The position numbers were made by a program, and so were the translations under genes. DNA of 64,000 nt, from assembly GCA_963843575.1 (NCBI GenBank), contig CAWJKZ010000024.1, positions 160,001 through 224,000 of the forward strand, given 5' to 3'. Source of the DNA: an uncultured Acidobacteriota bacterium (GTDB lineage Bacteria > Acidobacteriota > UBA6911). This document shows positions 55,789 to 64,000 of the stretch, piece by piece. The stretch's first letter is position 1. The number at the start of each line of letters is the position of its first letter. The notes beneath the pieces were generated by a model, which was not told where the DNA came from, ran no database searches, and saw nothing but the letters and a program-made list of their open reading frames with translations.

Positions 55789-57444
55789 ATGACCGAGACG
55801 ACTCGCTATTGCCCGAATTGCGGAGAACCGTGCGGCTCCGAAGACCGCTTCTGCATGACCTGCAGGACAGAGTTGCGCGCCACAACAAATCCCCGTCCGG
55901 TGACCGTTTCCGGCACCGGGACTCCCTCCGGCACGGGCCATGCGGCCCGGTCGCCGATGGCCGACCCGCTCGGCGCGGCCCAGACCGAACTGGGGCTGCC
56001 GCTGAACACGGTCCTGCTCAACCGTTACCGCATCTCCAAGATGCTGGGCGCCGGCGGCATGGGTTGCGTCTACATGGCCGAGGATGAAAAACTCGGGATC
56101 CCCGTCGCCATCAAGGTTCTGCGCGACGTGCTCAGGCAGGATCCCGGGTCGGTGAGGCGACTGATCACCGAGGCGAAGGCCTCCATCCTGCTGTCGCACC
56201 CGAACATCGTCCGGCTGCACAATTTCGAGGACGCCGAGACGACGAAGTTCCTCGTCATGGAATTCGTCCAGGGCGAGACGCTGGCCGACAAGATCGCCCG
56301 GGAGGGAAAACTCGCGGAGGACGTCGTCAGGCGCATCGCCGTCGAGGTCTGCAAAGGGCTGGAGCACGCTCATTCCAAGAGGGTGATTCACCGCGACATG
56401 AAACCCGGGAACATCCTCCTCGGCAAGGACGGCTCGGTGAAGGTCGCAGATTTCGGCATTGCGCGGCTGTGCCGCGACTCGGTGTCGCGCCTGACGTCGC
56501 AGCACGACTCGGGGACGCTGATCTACATGTCCCCGGAGCAGCTCGACGGCGACAGCGGGGAATCGACCGACCTGTACTCGCTCGGGGCGGTGCTCTACGA
56601 GATGTTGTCCGGGGACCCGCCATTCGTTACGGGGGAAATCACGGCCCAGATCCGTCACAAGGTGCCGAAGGAGATACCCGGGGTCTCGGCGGAGATGAAT
56701 CGGATCGTCCTGAAGTGCCTGGAGAAGAAGCCGGAGAACCGGTTCGCCGGGTTGGCCCGGTTGCGCGAGACGTTGGAGGGCAAGGCCACGCAGACCGTCG
56801 GGACGCAGCCGGTCGGGCCGCCACCAGCGCAGCCGCCGGTCACGCCAACGGTGCGGCCCACCGAGCCGGTGGTTGCCCCACCTCCTCCGCCGCAACCACA
56901 GCTACCCCGGCCGAAGAAGTCGCGGTTGACGTTGTCCGTGGTATTGGGGGGCGCCGCGCTCCTCCTGGCCCTGATGGTGTACCTGTCGATCTTCGGAGCG
57001 TATCACGGCTCGGAAATCGGCGGAGGGGGAGGAGGAGGGAGCGGCGACGACGGCGGCTCCGTGCCACCCCCGCCCCGCATCGACATCTCGGGAGACTGGG
57101 GTTACACGGTCACGTCACCCGACGGCAGGTCTGTCCGCGGCCAGCTGCAGATCGCCGACAAGGGAGGCGAGGTGCGGCTCTATGCCGAGGCCGCGTACTC
57201 GATGATGTGGACCGACGGGCGCTTCCACCAGTTCATCGAGCGCAGCAACTGGGCCGGCCAGCTTGTCGACCGCAACCTGCAGGCGCAGACCGTTCAGGGG
57301 ACCGTGCTGATGGACGGGGTGCCGGTCCCCCCGATCGGGTTGCCCTGGAGTTTGAACCTCTCGGTCTCCCCCGGCGAACGCTACATGCAGGGGACCGTAG
57401 GGAACGCGATCGGCGGGGTCGCCAGCCTGTCCGCGCAGCGGTGA
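55789..57444 (+). CDS. Hanks-type Ser/Thr kinase with N-terminal zinc ribbon, TM and external domain
   Basis: CPNC...CMTC; LGAGGMG, VAIK, HRDMKPGN, DFG, YMSPE; Pro-rich linker; one TM. Confidence 0.95.
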   Translation: MTETTRYCPNCGEPCGSEDRFCMTCRTELRATTNPRPVTVSGTGTPSGTGHAARSPMADPLGAAQTELGLPLNTVLLNRYRISKMLGAGGMGCVYMAEDEKLGIPVAIKVLRDVLRQDPGSVRRLITEAKASILLSHPNIVRLHNFEDAETTKFLVMEFVQGETLADKIAREGKLAEDVVRRIAVEVCKGLEHAHSKRVIHRDMKPGNILLGKDGSVKVADFGIARLCRDSVSRLTSQHDSGTLIYMSPEQLDGDSGESTDLYSLGAVLYEMLSGDPPFVTGEITAQIRHKVPKEIPGVSAEMNRIVLKCLEKKPENRFAGLARLRETLEGKATQTVGTQPVGPPPAQPPVTPTVRPTEPVVAPPPPPQPQLPRPKKSRLTLSVVLGGAALLLALMVYLSIFGAYHGSEIGGGGGGGSGDDGGSVPPPPRIDISGDWGYTVTSPDGRSVRGQLQIADKGGEVRLYAEAAYSMMWTDGRFHQFIERSNWAGQLVDRNLQAQTVQGTVLMDGVPVPPIGLPWSLNLSVSPGERYMQGTVGNAIGGVASLSAQR

Positions 57445-57445
57445 T

Positions 57446-57672
57446 GTGGAGTGCGGCGCCTCGTCGCCGGCCGTATGGAGTGCGGCGCCTGGGCGCCGAC
57501 GCCTCTGGCTAGGTTCGGCACAGGAAGGCAGGCGGCGCCGAGGCGCCGCCGGGGAAAGTGGCGCCGGCCGTGGCCGCGGCCGGCGCCCGAAGCGAGCGGA
57601 GGAGAGCGGCGGCATGTTCGGCAGGGACTGACGCCCGCCAAATCCCTTGCCGGCCGCGCGCCGACGCTCCAC
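57446..57672. repeat. Cluster of family A and GC-rich palindromes between convergent genes
   Basis: Two tandem TGGAGTGCGGCGCC units plus GGCGGCGCCGAGGCGCCGCC. Confidence 0.6.
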
Positions 57673-57689
57673 TCACCCCATCCCAAAAT

Positions 57690-60600
57690 CTAACGATCGA
57701 ATATCTCCTGGAGCTCCTTTACCTCGTGGTTGTTCTGCTTCTTCAGCTCGAAATGCCATTTCCAGACCTCGTAGATCGCCGGATAGACCAGCAGCTCGAG
57801 CAGGAAGGAGGTGAAGACGCCGCCGATGAGGGGAGCGCCGATGCGCTTCATCACATCCGAGCCCGTGCCTGTGGCCCACAGGATCGGCACCAGGCCGATG
57901 AAGTCGGTGGCCACGGTCATGAACTTCGGGCGGATGCGCTTGACGGCGCCGTGCACGATGGCCTCGCGCAAGCCCGGCCAGCGTTCCCAGGCGGCCCTCC
58001 TTCTTCGCCTGTTCGTAGGCGAGGTCGAGGTACAGCAGCATGAAGACGCCGGTCTCGGCGTCCACGCCCAGCAGCGCGATCAGCCCGACCCACACCCCGA
58101 TGCTCATGTTGTAGCCGAGCAGGTACAGGAACCAGATCGCGCCGATGGCCGAAAACGGCACCGCCAGCACCACGATCAGGGTCTTGACGACGGAGCGGGT
58201 GTTGAGATAGAGCAGCAGCAGGATGAGGAAGGCCGGTGACGGGCAGCACCAGCCAGCAGGCGGTTGTTGACGCGTTCCATGGCCTCGTACTGGCCGCTCC
58301 AGGTGATGGCGAAGCCGGGAGGCAGGCTCACCTTGCCGCGGACAACTTCCTGGGCCTCGCGCACGTAGCTGCCGGGATCGCGGCCGGCCAGGTCCACGTA
58401 GACGTAGCCGGTGAGCAGCCCGTCCTCGTCGCGGATCATGCCGGGCCCCGACGCGGGCTTGATCTCGGCCAGTTCCGAGAGCGGGATCTGCGGCTTTCGC
58501 CGGCCGGGACGAGCACGCGCCCGAGGCGATTCCAGATCGGAGCGGAAATCGCGCATGTAGCGGACGTTGACCGGGTAGCGCGCGCGTCCCTCGACGGTGG
58601 TGGTGATGTTCTCGCCGCCGATGGCGTTCTGCACCGCCGCCTGCGCCTCTTCGATGGTCAGCCCGTAGCGCGCCAGGGCGTCGCGGTTCCATTCGAAATC
58701 GAGGAAATAGCCTTCGGCGGTCCGCTCGGAGAAGACGCTGCGGGTTCCCCGTACCGAGGGCAGCACCGCCTCGACCTGCGCGCCGATTTCCTGGATGGTC
58801 TCCAGGTCGTCGCCGTGGATCTTCAGGCCGACCGGGGTGCGCATGCCGGTGCTCAGCATGTCGATGCGGGCCTTGATGGGCATGGTCCAGGCGTTGGAGA
58901 CTCCGGGGAGCTTCACGGCGGCGTTCAGCTGATCGACGAGCTGCTCGGGCGACATGGTGTCGGGCGTGAAGTGCCGGAAGAGCGGCTTGAGCCACTCCGG
59001 CGACCACGAGGAATACCAGGTCGGCACCTTGCGCCACTCGGAGCGCGGCTTGAGGGTGATGACCGTCTCGAGCATCGACAGCGGCGCCGGATCGGTGGAG
59101 GTTTCGGCGCGGCCGGCCTTGCCCAGCACGCGGTCCACTTCCGGGAAGGTCTTGATGAGCCGGTCGGTGACCTGGAGGACGCGCTGGGCCTCGCCGATGG
59201 AGATGCCCGGCATGGTCGAGGGCATGTAGAACAGCGCCTCTTCGTACAGCGGCGGCATGAACTCGGAGCCGAGCGAGAAGAACACCGGGATGGTGACCGC
59301 GAACAGGACGACCGGCGCCGCGATCACGGCCCACTTGTGGCGCAGGGACCAGCGGCAGGCCGGCTCGTAGAGCCGGATGAGGACCCGGCTGACGGGGTGG
59401 TGGTCCTCGGAGTGGATGCGCCCGACGAACACGGCGTTGGCCGCCCTGGCCAGCCAGCGCGGCCGGAAGCTGAAGTTGCGCAGGTGAGTGAAGGTGAGCC
59501 GCAGCGCCGGGTCGAGCGTGATGGCCAGCACGGCGGCCACGATCATCCCGAGGGTCTTGGTGTAGGCCAGCGGCTTGAACAGCCGCCCTTCCTGCGCTTC
59601 CAGGGCGAACACGGGGATGAAGGAGACGGCGATCACCAGCAGGGCGAAGAAGCTCGTGCCGCCGACCTCCTTGACCGCCGCGATCACGACTTCCTTGTAG
59701 TCGCCGCGGCGCCCGGAGGCCTCCCAGGCCTCCAGCTTCTTGTGCGCCTGCTCCACCACCACGATGGAGGCGTCCACCATGGCGCCGATGGCGATGGCGA
59801 TGCCGCCGAGCGACATGATGTTGGCGGTGATGCCCATGGCGCGGAACGGGATGAAGGCGATCAGCACCGCGATCGGGATGGTGATCATCGGGATGAGCGC
59901 GCTGGGGATGTGCCACAGGAACAGCAGCACGATCAGCGACACGGTGATGATCACCTCGATGACGGTGGACTTCAGGGTGTCGATGGAGTGGTGGATCAGC
60001 TGCGGAGCGGTCGTAGATGGGGACGATCTTGACGCCGGCGGGAAGGCCGGGCTCGATCTGGCGGATCTTCTCCTTGACCCGGTCGATGACGTCGAGCGCG
60101 TTCTCGCCCTGGCGCATGACGATGATGCCGGAGACGGCTTCGCCGGTGCCGTCGAGGTCGGAGACGCCGCGCCGCATGTCGGGCCCGAGGGTCACCTGCC
60201 CGATGTCTTTCACGCGGATCGGGGTGCCGTTTTCGCTGGCGGAGACGACGACGCTCTCGATGTCGGCGACGGACCGGGCGTAGCCGCGGCCGCGGACCAT
60301 GTACTCGGCGCCGCCCAGCTCGATCATGCGGCCGCCGGTTTCGCTGTTGCTGCCGCGGATGGCGTCGACGACCTTGTTGATGGGGATGTTGTAGGCCTGG
60401 AGCCGGTTCGGGTCGACGTTGACCTGGTACTGCTTGCCGAAGCCGCCGATGGGCGCGACTTCGGCGACGCCGGGGACGGACTTGAGGTGGTAGCGCAGGT
60501 ACCAGTCCTGGAGCGAGCGCAGGTCGGCCAGGCTGTGCTTGCCCGACTTGTCCTCGAGCACGTACTGGTAGATCCAGCCGAGGCCGGTGGCGTCGGGGCC

Positions 60601-60984
60601 GAGTTCGGTCTTGGACCCTGCCGGCAGGGACTGCAGGACGCCGGAGAGGTACTCGAGCGTGCGGGTGCGCGCCCAGTAGATGTCGGTGCCGTCTTCGAAG
60701 ATGACGTAGACGAAGGAGTAGCCGAAGTCGGAGAAGCCGCGGACGGCCTTGACCTTGGGCGCGCCGAGCATGGCGGTGACGATCGGGTAGGTGACCTGGT
60801 CCTCGACGATGTCGGGGCTGCGGTCCCAGCGGGAGTAGACGATGACCTGGGTGTCGCTGAGGTCGGGGATGGCGTCGAGCGCGACGTTGTTCATCGACCA
60901 CCAGCCGTAGATGGCGGCTACGGCTACGAGGGTGAGGACGATGAGCCGGTTGCGCGCGGAGAAATCGATGATGCGCGAAATCAT
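57690..60984 (-). CDS. cusA: CusA/CzcA heavy-metal RND permease (frameshifts near 60000, 58500, 58240, 57970)
   Basis: LDAIPDLSDTQVI, GPDATGLGWIYQY, GAMVDASIV, RIRPKFMT. Confidence 0.93.
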
Positions 60985-62462
60985 TCAGACGTGTGCGCCA
61001 TCCCGTTCATGTCCGGAGCCGCCATCTTCTTCTGGACATATTTCCCGGGATTCGCTTCAAAGCTCTTCTTGCACAGCTCGGAGCAGAAGTAGTAGGTCTC
61101 GCCTTCGTACTGGGTCTTGAAGACGTCCGGCGACTTCGGATCGACATCCATGCCGCAGACGAGGTCCTTTACGGTCTTCGGCTTCTCGCGTCGTCGCAGC
61201 AGCCGATGTCGCTCGGCGAGCTTCATGCGGCTTTCGGAATCGATCAGGAAGTTGCCGGAGACGACGATGCGCTCGCCCGGCTCGAGGCCGCTGCGTGATC
61301 TGGACGCGATCGCCGAGCCGCCACCCGGTTTCGACCAGCCGGGGTTCGAAGACCCCGTTCCCGCGTTCGACGTAGACGGTCTTCCTGCGGCCCGAGTCGA
61401 TCACGGCCTCGGCCGGCACCGTGATGGCCGCCGGCGTGTCCACCTGAGCTCGACATCCACGAACATGTCGGGCAACAGAACATTACCGGGATTGTCGAGT
61501 TCGAAGCGGGTTTTCAGGGTGCGCGTCTGCGGATCCAGCTGCGGCAGTGCGTCGCTCAGGCGCGCCTGAAATTCGCGGCCCTGGTACCGGACCGTGGCCA
61601 TGGCGCCCGGCTTCACGAACTCGCGGTCTTTCTCGAAGATGTCCGTCATCACCCAGACGTGGCCGATGTCGGCGATGCGATAGAACTCCGTGCCCTTGTC
61701 GAACCGCTGGGTCGGCGAGATGTTCCGCGTCAGCACGAAACCGGAGACCGGCGAGTAGATGTTGATCTGGGGCGAGGCCACGCGCGTCCGGTGGATTTCC
61801 TCGATCTGCAGGTCGCTCATGCCCAGGCCGCGCAGCGAGTCGATCGGGAACATCGGGTTCGCGCTCCCGGACGTCCTTATGGACGCCTGGGTGAAATCAG
61901 TCGTCTGCTTCGGCAGCGGGTCCTTCGAGGGGATGCTCAGCAGGAACAGCCGCTCTGTATACAGGAGGTCCTTCTGGTAGTAGGACGCGAGGAACTGGTT
62001 CTTCTTGACGAAGCGGCCGACGGTGTTCTGGCCGAGATCGACGATCCAGCCATCCGCCGCCGCAACGATGCGGTAAAGCCGCTGGTCGTCCACGGCTATG
62101 CGGCCCGGCACTCGCAGCATGTTGGAGGACGAATCGAGACGGACCTCGTCCGTGCGGACGCCGATCAGCTGTTGCCTTGCGGCGCCGATCTGAACCATCC
62201 CCGGAGTGTCGGGACTGTCCGGATTGGGCTTGTGGTCCGGTTTCGCCGGCATCCGCCGGTTCCAGGCGCATGCCGCAGATGGGGCAGTCCCCGGCGTCGG
62301 TCGGATCTGTATTGGGGATGCATGGGGCAGGTGTAAGCGACAGCCTGCTCACGCGAAGCTGAAGACAGTGGCGGGATCTTCTTGCCGGTTGGCCAAATAT
62401 CCGGCAAAAAAGATGCCGATCGCCACGAAGAGAGCGGTCATAAATCTTGCGGGCGTCGTCAT
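60981..62462 (-). CDS. cusB: CusB-like RND adaptor with heavy-metal-binding and C-terminal YHS domains (frameshifted)
   Basis: YTCPMHP...CPICGM, TRTLKTRFELDNP, DLVCGMDV...YYFCSELC. Confidence 0.85.
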
Positions 62463-62489
62463 ATCTCCTCTCGGTAGAAGAAGTCAATT

Positions 62490-62521
62490 TAAGGAGGGGG
62501 GAGGGATTGCTCCCTCCCCTC
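62490..62521 (-). terminator. Possible terminator after the multicopper oxidase gene
   Basis: GGGGAGGGA-TTGC-TCCCTCCCC hairpin; weak U-tract. Confidence 0.4.
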
Positions 62522-62542
62522 GGACACTATCGAACACACCGG

Positions 62543-64000
62543 TTACGGCGTGCGAATCGGGAACGGCAGCGCGTTCGTCCAGGCGGACGAGCCGCCGAGG
62601 TTGTTGTTCGCCCGGATCCGGTAGTAGTAGACCGTGTTGCGATTCACGGTCTGAATTAGGCTTCTGGCGGAGCCTGTAGGCGTGAAGGTCGCCAGGCCCG
62701 TCGTGAAGCCGAGGTTGGTGGCACGCTGGATCGTGAAGTTGGTCGGATTGGCAGCGGCCGCCCAGATGAGCGTCGCCGTGTCCTTGTTGCCGTTAGCCCG
62801 GGCAACCGCGACTGTGAAGCTGGTCGGCGCTGCCGGAATCGTCGGGATTGCCACCGGGGATGCCAGCGTCGCGTACGCCGAAGGTCCCGCTGCGTTGACC
62901 GCCTTCACCCGGTAGAGGTAGCTGTTACCGGCCGCGACGTGGTATCGACGTAGGTCACGTCACCGGTGCTGTTCCTCGGCCCCGGTGCGGCGATCTGCGC
63001 GAAGTTGGTGCAAGTCGTCGCCGGCGCTACGAACGAGCAGCGCTCAACCACGAAGCCGGTTTCGTTGGTCGCGTTGTCCCTCCACGTCAGGCTCACCTGC
63101 GGCCCGCTCTGCACCGTCGCCCGTCGGGTTCGTCGGAGCCGCGGGCCCCGTCGCCGCGGTACCGACAAGAACAGTAAGCACGCCGGACACGGAGTCGGCA
63201 GCCATCGTCGGGAAGCCTGCGATGCTGGTGTCGCCGACGGTCTGGCCAATCGCCCGCACGCGGTAGAAGTAAGTCACGTTGTTGACGTTCCCGATCCTGT
63301 CACCATACGCCCTGATGTTCGCTGCGACATTGACAGTCCTCAGGCCCGTGTTGAAGTTGGCATCCGAGGCCCTTTCGATGGCGAACTGGGCGACAGTCAG
63401 TGAGGGGCTGGTCCAGCTCAGGTTGACCGTCTTGTTACCACCGTTGCCGGTGATGGTGAACGCGGTGCTTAGCGTAGGCGCCGTCGGCGGAACCGCAAAC
63501 ACCAGTGAGTGCATGAAGTCCATCTCTTCGTGGGACAGGATGTGGCAGTGCCACACGTACTCCCAGCCGAAGTTGACGGTGTGGTTCAGGATCTCCGGGA
63601 TGGGGATTGCCGTTCGGGTCGAACCATCCGGCCGGCCCCGGCGGTGGAAGCGTGGCTCCGGGGGGCAGCGTCGGATCGATCAACCGCACGCTGTTGGGGA
63701 GCTCGAACGGAATCTCAGTCGGAGTCGGAACGGTCGGCCTCAGCGCAAGGAAGGTGATCTCCAGCGGGTTGATAAAGACGGTGTCCTTCCAACCCACGTT
63801 CTGGGCGTCAACAGCCCGCCCGGCTGGGAACGCTCCCGGCGCGACCTGCCCGTCCTGCCCGACGCGGCTGATGACCTGGGCAGTAAACAGGTGCGTGTGG
63901 ATGGGATGAGTGTCCACGCCGTTGTGGAAGATTCTCCAGATCTGCGTGCCGTCGGCCAGCTGCCCGATCTTCGTGGTTTCGAGCGAGCCCTTGACGACGT
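62543..64000 (-). CDS. Multicopper oxidase with C-terminal fibronectin type III repeats (partial, frameshifted)
   Basis: HPIHTH and WHCHILSHEEMDFM copper motifs; FN3-type LTW.DN...YYYRIRA repeats. Confidence 0.88.

Noticed and set aside
43690-57444. Prophage or integrative element carrying the locus
   Set aside because: No integrase, transposase, phage structural gene or flanking direct repeat seen; host-type repeats occur inside it
57673-60984. 1103-aa ORF as the intact cusA product
   Set aside because: It leaves the CusA frame near 60000 and reads nonsense for long stretches; the true protein is split across frames

Overview
High-GC bacterial DNA, most consistent with Acidobacteriota (inference from an Oar-like TonB receptor, a repeat-domain secreted protein and gene context). 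1-23 kb is mostly housekeeping and envelope genes: sucD, ndk, mrp, GT9, SDR, M1 peptidase, nagA, a sigma54 two-component pair, a TonB receptor, tmRNA with an adjacent scar of gene fragments (MOSC/higB/higA), M23 peptidase, secA and guaB. 23-37 kb holds an ECF sigma/anti-sigma pair and a type II secretion-like gsp cluster. 57.7-64 kb is a metal-handling cluster (cusA, cusB, multicopper oxidase). Many genes, including secA and guaB, carry frameshifts that look like long-read indel errors. The standout is a frameshift-free, co-oriented 12-gene locus at 43690-57444. It encodes three ~200-aa ESCRT-III (Snf7/CdvB)-like proteins and two different Vps4/CdvC-like AAA ATPases with MIT-like N-termini. 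It also encodes a protein with a winged-helix-like tail, a CsgG-like membrane protein, two SPFH-like proteins, a zinc-ribbon FGE-sulfatase protein, an NZF-type zinc finger fused to a Cys-His domain, and a membrane Ser/Thr kinase. Together this looks like an archaeal/eukaryote-style ESCRT-III/Vps4 membrane-remodelling system in a bacterium. All family calls come from motif recognition by eye; no searches were run.
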